A DNA stretch of 64,000 nt from Bigelowiella natans CCMP2755 (GCA_000320545.1 ADNK01002106.1:1-64000), one strand, 5' to 3'. Positions 44,847 through 58,030 are shown, counted from the first letter of the stretch. The notes: a model not told the origin generated them from the letters alone. A program made the numbers and translations.

Positions 44847-47800
44847 ATGACTGCAACGACTGCTTCCAGACGAATTACTAAGAATCTGAAGCTCGACAAA
44901 GCAGAGGTGCTGTCTTATCGACTCGTGATTGACTTTTGTAGTAATTTTCACACAGTTGTTTGTAGAACTTAAGATTTCCTCTCTACATTACAGGCTGCGT
45001 CCATGAAGGAACAGAAGAAGAAGGTAGGAAAAGGATACATCTCTGATGAAAGTGTCTCGGAAGATGATCTTCTCTTTTTTAGGTGGTGCCAACAGATAAG
45101 GCTCCCTTTTCTCAGGAAGCACTTTGGGCGTTGTACTTCGCTATCGTTGGTGGCATCTCCTCAGCACTCATGTACGACTCTGAGACGATAAAGGTAGGAT
45201 CCGTATGAGTAAGAAGTAAAATAGTAATCTCTGTAATAATCGAGACGTGGGAAGCACGTGCCTACTTGCTGTGTGACACTGATGTGACGACTGGGCCCTC
45301 ATTACATTAGAACTTCTCAAGTTCGGGATTCTCAGCTTCTGCTCTGATCGATGGCATCAATAACTTCACTTGGAAAAGAGGAGTGACAAATTGCTCTAGT
45401 CTGCAGTTTCTCATCATTGTCCACGTGGTCTACGTCTTCTGTCTGTTCGGTGTGCAGCAATATGCGGTATGTTTGAGTGCAAATTACCCCGGCGTGTTTG
45501 AAGAGTGCCCTCTCTAACTTTCGCTGAAATTATTCATCTGCGTCACATGTATCAGGCTTCACGTAAGAGCATTCCAGGCTGGCTCCCAGCTATGCGTCAG
45601 GCTCACAACTGCTTCCTTGCGCTTCTTTCTGGCCTCATGCTTACTGGACTTATCGTCGGAGGACTAATGGACTCACGTTTCGACTCCTTCTACACGTAAG
45701 TCGAATACATAATTCCCCATATTTATCATTACAGTGATCTCACAATCTCTGGGAATATAAAGGAGGGCCGTCAAAAATTAGTTTTTTAACTTTATTCTCG
45801 TGCGTGTGCCGCGCGCCTCTCTCTTTCTCTCCTACTAGGTTTGCGTGCCGTCGACCAAGCGAAAACCAACCTGGCCTTACTGTATGGACTATGTACATCT
45901 TTTACTTGTCAAAGATGCTGGAGTTCATTGACACCTTCTTCCTCATCCTCTCGAAGAAAAAAGTGATCTTGCTTCACAAAGTCCACCACCTCACCACGAT
46001 GTCTCTTGTCTGGCATTCTCTTGAGGCCGGAATCAACAGTGAAATCCTTTCCGGAGGTCTCAACTGCTTCGTCCACACTCTCATGTACGCTTACTTTGCT
46101 TTCCCCAAGGGCAACGCATGGCTCCGGCAGTACATGACTTCCACGCAGATTATTCAGTTCGTGCTGTGTCTCATTGCGTTCGTTTACGCTGTACACTCCC
46201 GTCTCGTGGCAAAGACGCCATGTTATGGAACGCTTCTTTCTGAGTTGCATGGAATCGCTATGTACGGGGTGTATCTGGCCATGTTCACTGCTTTCTTCAT
46301 CTCCAACTACTGCAAGTCGAAGAAGCCATCATCCGCTTCGAAGCCCAGCGACGCTGCTGCTGCTGCTGAGGCCGACAGAACAGCCGCAAAGGAGGCGCCT
46401 AAAGACATGTACTCGATGGCCGCCAAGAGCTTTATCTGGGCGTGCTACTTCGCTGTGGTATCAATGGGCTGTGCGTGGCTGATGCAGGACTCCCGCACCA
46501 TGAAGGCCCTCTCGAAGTCGGAGATCTCCCTCGAGTCGGTTGTCCAGGCTGCGGTGGACGACGTCGAAGGCTTCCAGTGGGTTTCCGGTCAAACTCGGGG
46601 CGGCAGCTGGCAGTTCCTCGCCGGTGTGCACGTGGTCTACGCTGTGGTCCTGAGCACCCTCACTTACATCATGAAGGGGATTGAGAAGCGCATCTCGTGG
46701 GCGAAGCCTCTCAGCAAGGCGCACAACCTCTTCATGGCGTCCCTCTCCGCCTTCATGCTCACTATGCTTGTTTATGGGGCCGTCCGCGATGGTCGATTCG
46801 CTAGCTGGAATGCATTCGTCTGCGAGCGCCCGGGGCACTCCGGCCTGATCCAATGGGCGATGTACGTGTTCTACCTCTCCAAGATGCTCGAGTTCATCGA
46901 CACGTTCCTGCTGGTTATGTCCAAGAAGAAGGTAATCCTCCTCCACAAGGTCCACCACCTGACGACGATGTCGCTCGTCTGGCACTCGCTGGAGACTGAC
47001 CTTGCGACTGAGATCCTCTGCGGGGGGCTCAACTGCTTCGTCCACACCCTCATGTACGCCTACTTCGCCTTCCCCAAGGGCAACGCATGGCTTCGCAAGT
47101 ACATGACCTCCACGCAGCTCCTCCAATTCGTGTTCTGCTTGATCGGGCTTGGATACTGCGCATACAAGCGCATGACGCTCGGCACCTCTTCTTGCAACGG
47201 AACCGTTGGCGCTGACGCCCACGGCATCATCATGTACGGGGTCTACCTGGGCATGTTCGCCATGTTTTTCTACGATCAATACCTCAAGAAGTCATCGAAG
47301 AAGAACCAAAAGGGCAACAAGTCTGCTGCTGCTACCGCTGCTGGTGGTGAAAAGAAGCAGCGCGACGCCGAGAAGCACGAGGTCATCCTGTACGGCAAGC
47401 GCGTGGACGTCACCAGTTTCATCAAGAAGCACCCAGGAGGGTCCAAGGTACTCCGCATCTTCCGAAACCGCGACGCGACCGAACAGTTTGAGTCCTACCA
47501 CTCCGACCGCGCGCACAAGTGGCTGAAGGCGCTCCCCAAGCGTGACGCCGAGAAGGACGACTACCTCTCGTCGCAAACCGAGATCGCCAAGGACTTCAAG
47601 AAGATGATCGAGAACTTCAAGAAGATGGGCTACTACAAGGCGGATCTGCTAGAGGAGATCATGAAAGTCTCCTTAGTATTCGGTCCTTACATCGCGGGGC
47701 ACTACCTCCTGTGGAACGGTCAGCCTCTCGTCGCTGTGCTTCTCATGGGGTTCGGTCTTTACTACGCAGGCTGGGTGTCGCACGACTACCTCCATCATGC

Positions 47801-48563
47801 CGTCATCCGCGGCGGTAAGAACAGGGACGAAACCACCGCCGCCGTGGTACCTTTGAACAATGCCATGGGCTACGTGATTGGCTTCATGCAGGGGTATGAG
47901 GTCGACTGGTGGAGGGCTCGCCACAACACGCACCACGTCGTCACCAACGAGTTCGGAAACGACCCCGACATCAAGACCGCGCCGCTGCTCACGTACGTCC
48001 GCAACTCACCCGCCATCGCCAAGGGCCTCAACTGGTTCCAGCGCTGGCAGCAGTACTACTACCTCCCTGTGATGGCCATTCTCGACCTGTACTGGAGGCT
48101 CGAGTCGATCGCCTACATTGCAATGAGGCTGCCGCGCTACTGGAAACAGGCACTGGTCATGGCCGCTCACATGGCGTGGACGGCGTACGCGTTCCAAGGC
48201 CAATGGAAGTACTTCCTCATCATGACGCTCTACCGCGGCTTCATGACCGGCACCATCGTTTTCTCCACTCACTACGGCGAAGACATTCTAGACGGAGACC
48301 ATAAGCTGACGCTCGTGGAGCAGACTGCTCTCACATCCCGAAACATCGCCGGCGGTTACGTCGCCAACCTGCTCACTGGTTTCCTCTCCCTTCAGACCGA
48401 ACACCACCTCTTCCCTATGATGCCGACTGCCAACCTCGCAAAGGCGCGCCCTCACGTCCAGGCGTTCTTCAAGAAGCACAAGCTCGAGTACCGTGAGAGC
48501 AACATCATCGAATGCATCAGGTACAACATCAGGGCGCTCAGCTACCAGCACCTGCTCGAATAG
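44847..48563 (+). CDS. Trimodular fusion: ELO-family elongase + ELO-family elongase + cytochrome-b5 front-end (delta-8-like) fatty acid desaturase, about 1073 aa
   Basis: Exons 44847-44906, 44994-45023, 45083-45193, 45311-45466, 45556-45695 and 45839-48563 join in frame through GT-AG introns (3222 nt). Two copies of KMLEFIDT / HKVHH / NCFVHTLMYAYF / TSTQxxQF are followed by HPGG, HDYLHH, HNTHH and QTEHH, with no stop between modules. Confidence 0.92.
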
Positions 48564-49196
48564 ATTGGAGAGGCTCAAGGGAGGCGGCTTATATCGACAT
48601 TGCGCTAGTGCAATCGGAAGGGTTTCTATTTCGCTTATGTCAGATCTGTACTCACCCAGATAAGGAAAATAATGATATACTCCATGTCAGTGATAGAGTA
48701 GGGCAGACAACAGGTTTCTGTGAAAAGCCTCTCTTTTTGGAAATATATGCGAACTGAAACCGGTTCATTAGTACAAGGCCTCAAGATCCCATTATTTTTC
48801 TGTTGTATACTTGCGCACGCAAGTACGGCGTGCATGTTTCCCGCAGGGATTTCAAATATTACCTAATTCGAATCGACTATACCCGCTATCTCTGCATCCG
48901 TTTCACAATCGACTGCGTCTTTCTAGCATGCGACAGCACTTCTCTCACGCGCTACGTACGCTCATCATAATAGGCAGAGCGCTTGGCGGTACATGTCACT
49001 GCTGCATGATAGACATGCAATACACACTATATACTGCGCGGCCACCGCGCGATATCGGAAGATATACAGCGCATGTGGATGCTTTTGCATGGATGAGACA
49101 CATAGTAGCAGATGAATTCAATAGACACAACATGACATGACAAGTGCTGTGGCCACTGCTAGACATGTACAGCTCTAGTGCTTAACAAATGAGACA

Positions 49197-49258
49197 ACTA
49201 CATCAGGATGAATATTGAAAAGTTTGATCACATCATCATCATCACATTCGTCTCATGC
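49197..49258 (+). repeat. Short dispersed repeat, copy B
   Basis: ctacatcaggatgaatattgaaaagtttgatcac...cattcgtctca is similar to 1706-1762. Confidence 0.55.
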
Positions 49259-49532
49259 ATGTCTAGATGTCTAGACACGTGTGACGTGTGCAATGTGTGA
49301 CACGTACATGCACAATCGAAAGTGACAATGACATGATTCGCGCTGCTGCCATTGCGATGCATGCTGAATGATGAAGCTTTATTGGTTTGATTTGGCTAGT
49401 TGGGCACAAAAAGCAATGTATTCTCTGCGCGTCGCTAGGCGGTCGCTTATCACGTACGATGTCCTTCTTACGAGACGATAAACGATTTATTGAACAATCG
49501 TGGGGCGCCGGCAGCAAGCCGAAGCTAGCTCG

Positions 49533-50227
49533 CTAGACTTGACTGCGAGCGCTGGGGTCAAAACTGTACCTCTTGAACTCATCATTGAACAAGACCAGAA
49601 CAGGCTTCTCTGTTTCAGTCAGGTGGTTTTTTAGAAGGCACTGTATTGCGAAAAAAGCTGATGCCGACTCCTCTTTAGCATTATTCCTCCACAGCAGCAA
49701 CGGAACGCCGAACAACGACCCAACGAACAAGATCTATGTCGCGCAGCGCACAGCAACGAATTAGAATATGGAAGAAAATTGACATATTGCATGGAGGAAC
49801 GCCTATGTATCTAACTCTCTCACACAAGAAGAGCTACTTCTGCCACCTCCACCACGACTAGCACTACTACTACTACTAATAATAATAATAATAATAATAC
49901 CACAAATGCCCAGTTGCCATATATGAGCAGATCAAGGTATCCAGACAAATCCTTTTTAAAATTTGAGATATGCAGATAGAGCATACTTAGACAGCAGGTA
50001 ATCATCGTCTGTATTCAAAAGCCCAAAATTGGTGGTGTGTAGTATTGTTAGTATTGATCCTACTTTGCATTGGCCAGCATTAGACTGTGATGATGCTGCC
50101 TCAATAGACACAGCCACCTACGAAGGCGTAGTAAGGGTGAGGGGAAGGGGGGAGGGGAGCCAGACAGGAAATTCGGAAGGCTCAGGGGATGGAACAGGAC
50201 AATACACGTACACACACACACACACAC

Positions 50228-50269
<42 letters not shown>

Positions 50270-50385
50270 TTATTATTACGAATTGAAATTATATCATGTT
50301 TCTACTGATTGAAGTAAGTCAATCGAAGTGGGAATTTTCAATATGTTATCATTGCAGTCAGGGAGCCACTCGCCAGGAGGCTACT

Positions 50386-50424
<39 letters not shown>

Positions 50425-50817
50425 AAACTGTCGTTACCAACGCCGAGAAGTAGATAGATCCAAATACAGCAATCAAGCGTCTATTAAAACATATGAAAGA
50501 AGGAGGAGATGGAGGAGGCAGTGAAGGAGAGCAATGAGCACATGTACGAGAATCAAAGCCCCAAGACAGAACATCCGCACGAAAGCGAGATTCGATATCG
50601 CTTGTTGATGGTTGGCAGCCCGTAGGTGTAGAGCAGCATCGTACGCAACGAGTGGCGAGTCGTGTGTAAGTTGCAGATTCAGCAAATGGACTTTACATCG
50701 ATTATTGTTTCTCCTTGTGGCTTTCCGGAGAGGGAAAATACGATCAAGACGGCCCATACAGCTAATGCACGGGTATTTCTCGGTATTCATGTGCATGCGT
50801 GCATGTGTGCATGTGTG

Positions 50818-50854
<37 letters not shown>

Positions 50855-52733
50855 ATGTATATTTACTTGGTGATTGTAGGTGGAGTTGGGCTGGCTGGAG
50901 CTGCTAATTTCTCCCTAGAGAAGGAAGGAGGCAGGTTAAAAAAAGAAGAAAAGGAACCATAGCATTCAGATACACATTACGAAAGTGAAGAAGCGATAAA
51001 TAATTTATAATCTTTTCATCATCATCATCCTCATCATCATCGCATTTTGGTGATTTCTTTTACGATGTAAGCGGTTGTTGGCGGCAGAGCTGGTCAAGCT
51101 TTACGATCGACACGCCACCCTATAGGAGGGAAGAAGTGGCAAGGGAAATAGAAGATGACGTGTAGGCGACGAAGTGAACATAGATAGTCTTGCTTCAATG
51201 AGAGCGAGGGACGGATTGTGTAAGGATAAAACAGGTTTCGTCGGTTTTTCCCCGTAAATAACCAGAAAATTGTTCCCCCCCCTTTTGTGGTGTGTGTTTT
51301 TTTTTTTTCCCCCCCCCCCCCCCCCCCCCCCCCGCCTCCCTCGCACGCATTGCAATAATGATGGCATACCATTGCAACTTGCGTCATCCCAAGGAGGAGA
51401 GTCACCGTGCGGACTCCGACGGAGCATCTATTCATCGCCAACTGATGGGGAAAATTTTTGGTTTGATGGTGATGAGAGTGATGATGAAGATGATGATAGC
51501 AACATATAATAAAAACACAACATAAGCGAAGACAGCATCATAACGTTCATACGTACCTCCTCGTGCAGCACGAGAACAGCGGCCCCAACGACGATGAAAA
51601 ATATCGCTAACAAACGTGCAGTGGCATTTGTGTTATTGACGAAGAGAGCAATAGCAGTAGGCAGGGAAGTTAGGACGAGACAGGTAGAAGAACGAGGTCA
51701 AATCACTTAAGATGTATACAACAGTCAGCATGGGTGTGCATTGGAACTTATGGTTTCTTTCACACAGAAAGAGAGAACTTTGATTTATCTTCACACTGAA
51801 ACCGACCGCACAGTCGGGTCGAAGGATAGAAAGCGCCGGTTCACATTACGCAATAGTCTTTTTCATCACCATCATCATCATCATCATCATCATCGTCGTC
51901 GTCGTCGTCGTCGTCCTCATCATCTCTTCTATACCGCAGATGCTTGTGAGTGCGAACTCCACTTCCGGGAACAATATGATCTGAAAGTCCCCATTTTAAC
52001 GAAACAGATTAGCAGTGTCAGTCAAATTTAGCAGTGTAGCACGATGATGGACTAGTTTGTAATATACTATGCTTTCTTATACTTATAATCGTCCTTCGCG
52101 ATTCCCTCCCCCCCTCTCTCTTGCATTGTCTCCCCTCCCCTTCGTCTTCATTCTTCATCGTCTTATTTTCCTCCCAACTGACATCTTCGCCAATGATGAG
52201 CCTGTCCGTTGTCCACTCCAAAGTGGCAGTTTTTCCACGGTCTATGGTACGTGCACACGTGCAATTATTAGCTATTGTAGTATTTGCAAGGGCAGCAGCG
52301 GCAGTGGTAGTAGTAATAGTAGTATTAGTATTAGTATTAGTGGTAGTAGAGTAGTAGTTGTAGTCATCGTCCTCGATCCTCGCAAAATACTTCTGATGAA
52401 CAATAGTGTGTGTGTGTGTGTATGTGTGTGTCTGTATGTGTGTGTGTGTGTGTGTATGTGTGTGTGTGTGTGTTGTGGCAACAAAATCATCGTACTTATG
52501 TATTTCCTGCCCCTCTGCAGAAGTGATTTTTCTTCCGATTCCCAAATTTCCTCGGCATTTTCACAGAACGGCTCCTTGTCCCGCCCACCACCATAGTTCC
52601 TTCTTGGCTTCTGCTTCGCAATGTCAGTCTCCACGCCCAGGTGGCTGTCCAACGACCCCCATCCAGGTGTATCGTCTTCAATATTTTCCTTAGTTTTTCC
52701 GTCCGCCTCCCGTATTCGCTTTATATAGCTCAA
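49533..52733 (-). CDS. Hypothetical multi-exon gene, possibly a membrane protein
   Basis: ATG 52733 (MSYIKRIREADGKTKENIEDD...). Downstream exon-like segments include hydrophobic LLAIFFIVVGAAVLVLHEE and ILFVGSLFGVPLLLWRNN. Exon chain not resolved. Confidence 0.4.
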
Positions 52734-52926
52734 ATCTAAGGAGGCACAGCATCAACAGTCCAGTACTTAATTGGGATGCTTCTTTCGAGATGGGCAGTGT
52801 TGTACGGACGTCGTGGAATTGAACGTAAAGATAAACACATATTTTCAATCAATTTACACCTTTAACTTTACTTTGACGCCGCTCCTCGTTTTTCCTATTC
52901 CATGCATCCTTTGCATCTGCTCCATC

Positions 52927-52965
<39 letters not shown>

Positions 52966-53821
52966 CATACATTTACAATTAATATTGTCATGTAACCGCT
53001 CGCACACGCTCACACACAAATATATATTTTATATTATATTGTGTGCTGTCATTCCACAGGAATGTGTATGAGAGATTACATATGATAGTATCATGTTGTT
53101 ACCATTTTTTAACTTCGTCCGGGCCGAACAAGAAGAACTTACACGCGGCAAGCCAAACATTATGCCAAAGCCGTCTGCAATCTCTCCCAACTAATTTTTT
53201 TAGTCTGGATTCCCTACTCTTTCCTTTCAGCTATGGAGTAAAGATGACGAGATTCTATTCCTTATTCCAAAGCTGGCAGCGCGAGCTCATTGATTTAATT
53301 CCAGGCTCGTCGGGATATATCGAGAGATGAGTAAATGAAAGGTCAAATGCGCTCCACAGCCGAAGCGTCGCTCTGTTTTCTCCTTCCTCCTCCTCTTCTC
53401 TCTCCGTCTCCGTCTCTCTTGCTGCTTGCTGTGCCTTCAAGAGAAGTTCAAACGGCAGTTCAAACAGTCATCGAGCGTGCCGCGAAAATCAAAATATAAA
53501 AATTTCCTCTTTTTCCCAATAATTTCGCGCGGCAGTCCGGGCGCCGGTTGGAATGGGGCTGTTGGCGCACTGCGCCTTGACGAAAACCAGAAACAGTGGC
53601 TCGAAAGGGATCCGACGACAAAGCGAAGACAGAACTTCCCAAACTCCGATGTAAGAAGTTTGGACTTCGTTATTATCTTACGAGAAACCGCCTTTTGTCA
53701 CTGCCTTGCGACATGCCCTGCTGTTGTCTCGCATGGAAAACGCGTCCAAAGCCGCACAGGGCTCAGAAATCAGCGCTGCCTTCCCCCTCCCTTTTTCCAA
53801 AGGCTGGTAGCACGTTCACTG

Positions 53822-56800
53822 ATGTCGTACAGAAAGGGCGGGAGACTAGACGAGGATGATGGGAGTGGAGAAAAAGGGCTCATAGAAAGAGGCGGCGGTG
53901 GCCAGCGTGTGAAGGGGAGGTCGCAGTTGGGTTTGGATGTGCTCGCAAGCAACAAGCGCGAGGAAAGTAAGTTGTTCTTATCATCTCTTCCATTTGGTAT
54001 TTTTCCTACAATGAACGTGTTTAAACTAATTTATCCATCATAAATATGAATAAAACAAGGGAAAAATGCACAGAGGAAGCGGCGGCCGAGGAAGGATGAA
54101 GATGCTGTCAGGGACGAATTCGGGCGAACGAAATCTCTTGCAGGATCAGATCATAGTGGGGAGGATGATGATGACTACCATTTCGCAAAGCCAAAGGTAT
54201 AATAAGAATCTAATTCTGAGAAACAAACTCACCCAATGATCGTTTCATAACTATAGCACAAGCGCAGACGGGAAGAAGGAGGCAGCTACTCAAGAAGCAG
54301 AAGTAGCAGCAAGGGGGGTGACTCAGATCGCAGACGTGATAATAGCAGACGGCGCACTGACCGATATGATAGAGACCGAGACGATGATTACAGGGGAAGG
54401 TCGCGCAGCAGTAGCAGGAGCTCGAGCAGGAGCTCGAGCAGGAGTCGCGACAAAGGTTCCAACCGCCGCGTCTCCTCTTGGGATGATGATTCAGATGAGG
54501 AGGACGAGGATGGGCGTGGCCGATCGCGATCTCGATACTCAGACGACATCACCCCTCGAAGAGATCGCTCGCGCTCTAAGACTCCATTGCTTCAAGGTAG
54601 ATTCGCGTCACGGACGCCACGGAGAGGTGCCGCAGGTGATACTCCCAGGAGAGAATCGAGTGGGGGGCAAGCTACACCTCTCCGCCGTGATGAGCCTGGC
54701 ACCCCGCAGAGGTATGGCGGCAAGAATAAACTAGATTCATACAAGGGTAATGATGCTAGTGGCAACGGCGCGGTGAAGTTGTCGAACAAGGAGAAAAAGC
54801 AGTGGGAAAGGAGTGAAAAGTCGGTGGAGCAAGAATGGTACGCTATGGATGAGGGCGGCTACAACGAGGGGCAAAAGGCCTTCCTCGGCGACCCCGACAA
54901 AATGAAGAAGAAAGAAGAAGAGCTTGTCAAGAGCCAGGTGCAACGATTGACCGCAAGGCAGAGGATGCGCAACGAGGACCAGGATCGTTGGGAGGACTCC
55001 CGGCTGCTTGCGAGTGGCGCCGTCACACAGGCCAACGTGCAGACCGAGTTTGAAGACGAGACTGAGAATAAGGTGCATCTCATCGTGCACAACCTCAAGC
55101 CACCGTTCCTCACCAAGGGCTTCAAGTTCACCACGCAGCAGAAGATGGTCTCGGTGGTCAAGGATGCGACCAACGACTTCGCCCAGTGCGCGCGCAAGGG
55201 CAGTGCGCTGCTGAGGGAGGTGCGCGAGCAGAACGAGCGATCCAAGATGCGACAGCGGTTTTGGGAACTTGCGGGAAGTCGGCTAGGTGATGCGCTTGGG
55301 GTGGAGAAGGAGAAGAAGGAAGAGGAGAAGGATACTGATGCCTCCAACATGGACGAGGAGGGTAACGTCGACTATAAGAATGCGTCGCAATTCGCGGACC
55401 ACATGAAAGGCAAGAACAATGCTGCCTCCGCGTTTGCCAAAACTAAGACGATTACTCAACAGAGGGAGTTCCTGCCTATCTTCACCAAGCGAGATGAGCT
55501 GCTGCAGATCGTGAGAGACCATCAAATCGTCGTGGTCGTTGGGCAGACGGGATCCGGGAAAACAACGCAAATGACCCAATATATGCTGGAGGACGGGTAT
55601 GGGGAAACAGGGATGATCGGCTGCACGCAGCCCAGGCGTGTGGCCGCCATGTCTGTGGCGAAGCGAGTGAGCGAAGAGCAGAGTTGTGAGCTAGGAGACC
55701 GGGTCGGGTACTCGATCCGGTTTGAGGATGTGACTGGCCCCAACACCAAGATAAAGTACATGACCGATGGCATGCTTCTGCGCGAGTCGATAAACGATCC
55801 GGACATCGAGAAGTACTCCGTGATTATCATGGACGAAGCGCACGAGCGCTCGTTGAACACGGACGTGCTGTTCGGCATCCTCCGCAAGGTTTGCGCCCGT
55901 CGCAACAACCTAAAGCTCATTGTGACCAGCGCGACCATGGACTCCAAGAAGTTCTCCAACTTTTTCGCGGGCGCCCCTGTCTTCGAGATCCCCGGGCGCA
56001 CATTCAAGGTCGACATGCAGTTCTCCAAGGGGGTGGTGGAGGACTACTTGGACGCTGCCGTGAAGCAGATCCTTTCGATCCATCTTGGGGGAATACAGGG
56101 CGACATCCTGGTGTTCATGACTGGGCAGGAGGACATCGAGGCCACCTGCTGCGTGCTGGCCGACCGCATCGACCAGCTCGACGAAGGAGTCGCCCCGTTG
56201 GCCATTCTGCCCCTCTACTCCCAGCTGCCCTCGGAGCTCCAAGCTAAGATCTTCCAAGCCGCTCCGGAGGGAACCCGCAAGTGCATCGTGTCGACCAACA
56301 TCGCGGAGACGTCCCTCACAGTGGACGGCATCCGTTTCGTGATAGATTCGGGCTACTGCAAGCTCAAGGTCTTTAACCCGCGCATTGGGATGGACTCGCT
56401 CAAGGTCACGCCGGTCAGCCAAGCCAATGCGCGCCAGAGGGCCGGAAGGGCAGGGAGGACAACCAACGGCTACGCGTATCACCTCTACACGGAGCAGCAG
56501 TTTCACTACGAGCTGCTCAAGACCACCGTTCCAGAGATCCAGCGCACGAATCTGGGCAACGTGGTGTTACTGCTCAAGAGCCTCGGTGTCGACAACTTGC
56601 TGGAGTTCGACTTCATGGACCCTCCCCCCCAAGAGAACATCGAGAACTCGATGTACCAGCTCTGGGTGCTGGGCGCGCTGGACAATACGGCCGCTCTGAC
56701 GAAGATGGGCCGGAAAATGGTCGAGTTCCCTCTGGACCCGGCGCTCTCAAAGATGCTCATCGTCGCTGAGGAGCTCGGATGCAGCTCGGAGATCCTGACC

Positions 56801-57571
56801 ATCGTCTCCATGCTCTCGGTGCCCCGCATCTTCTTCCGCCCCCCGGACCGCGCAGAGGAGTCAGATGCGGCGAGGGAGAAGTTTCAGGTGCCGGAGAGCG
56901 ACCACCTCACGCTGCTGCACGTCTTCCAACGATGGAAGGCGGAGCACTACCGGGTGGACTGGTGCCAGAAGCACTTCATCCACGTCAAGACTCTGCGTAA
57001 GGTGCGAGAGATCCGATCCCAGCTGCTCGACATCATGAAGTCGCAGCGTATGGTGGTGACATCGACGGGCACTGACTGGGACCCCATCCGGAAGGCCATC
57101 TGCTCTGCCTACTTCCAGAACTGCGGCCGCCTCAAGGGGATCGGCCAGTATGTCAACATGCGGAACGGGATGCCCTGCCACCTGCACCCCACGAGCGCGC
57201 TCTATGGCCTCGGCCACACGCCCGACTACGTGGTGTACCATGAGCTGGTGATGACGTCCAAGGAGTACATGCGCACGGTCACCTCCATCGATGGCAAGTG
57301 GCTCCCCGAGGTCGGACCGATGTTCTTCAGCATCAAGGAATCGTACGCCGAGACGCAGGCGCGCAAAAGGAAGGCCGAGGAAAACAAGAAGAAGATGGAC
57401 CAGGAGATGGAGGCCCACCTCGAGGAGAAGAAGAAGAAGAAGGCCGAGATCGCTCAGAAAGAGAAAACAGGGCTGCAGAAGCTCAAGCAGCAGGTCTCCG
57501 TTGCGGGAGGAAAACTCTCCAGGAAGCAGAAGAAATTTATCTTCAAGAAGAAGAGGAGATTTGGCATGTGA
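53822..57571 (+). CDS. DHX38: Pre-mRNA splicing DEAH-box helicase PRP16/DHX38
   Basis: Exons 53822-53966, 54060-54196 and 54257-57571. N-terminal [13 protein letters not shown]-rich region, [40 protein letters not shown]. Confidence 0.95.
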
Positions 57572-57835
57572 TTATTCCTTTCATCCTGTACTTGCTGGTA
57601 ACGGCCAGTCTTCTCAATATTCGTAGTAGTCGCATATCCTTCGGCATGGAAGCATCGACCGATAATTATATGGACTACAGACACTTCTTATATACATGCT
57701 CTTTTTTTAGCGTGTGTGCATATTTATTTGTTCTCACGCAACACCTGACCGATAATATGGGTGAGGACAACAAGAACCAAAACCAACAAAAATAAGAATC
57801 TACCCAGCACTTCCACTGTCAGCTTTCAGTGAGCC

Positions 57836-57881
<46 letters not shown>

Positions 57882-57978
57882 GCACTGTGCATGCACATGT
57901 ACAACTGGGCTATAGCTGAATGTTGAGCGAGTAAAATAAATTCTGGCATGTATCTGGTGTGATAGCTGGTGTTGAGAT

Positions 57979-58030
57979 CATGCGAGACAGATGTATTGAA
58001 GTGATTAAATATGTTCAATGGTCATCCTGA
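57979..58030 (-). repeat. Short dispersed repeat, copy C
   Basis: Reverse complement tcaggatgaccattgaacatatttaatcacttcaatacatctgtctcgcatg is similar to 1712-1762. Confidence 0.65.

Noticed and set aside
46461-47279. 272-aa antisense ORF, and similar ones inside ATP13A1 and PRP16
   Set aside because: Shadow ORFs of GC3-rich coding exons.
44847-48563. Three neighbouring genes wrongly merged
   Set aside because: Both junctions lie in one uninterrupted frame with coding-like short linkers and no room for UTRs or promoters.
53426-54043. 205-aa ORF as PRP16 N-terminus
   Set aside because: Non-ATG start and promoter-like sequence; the recognisable PRP16 begins at ATG 53822.
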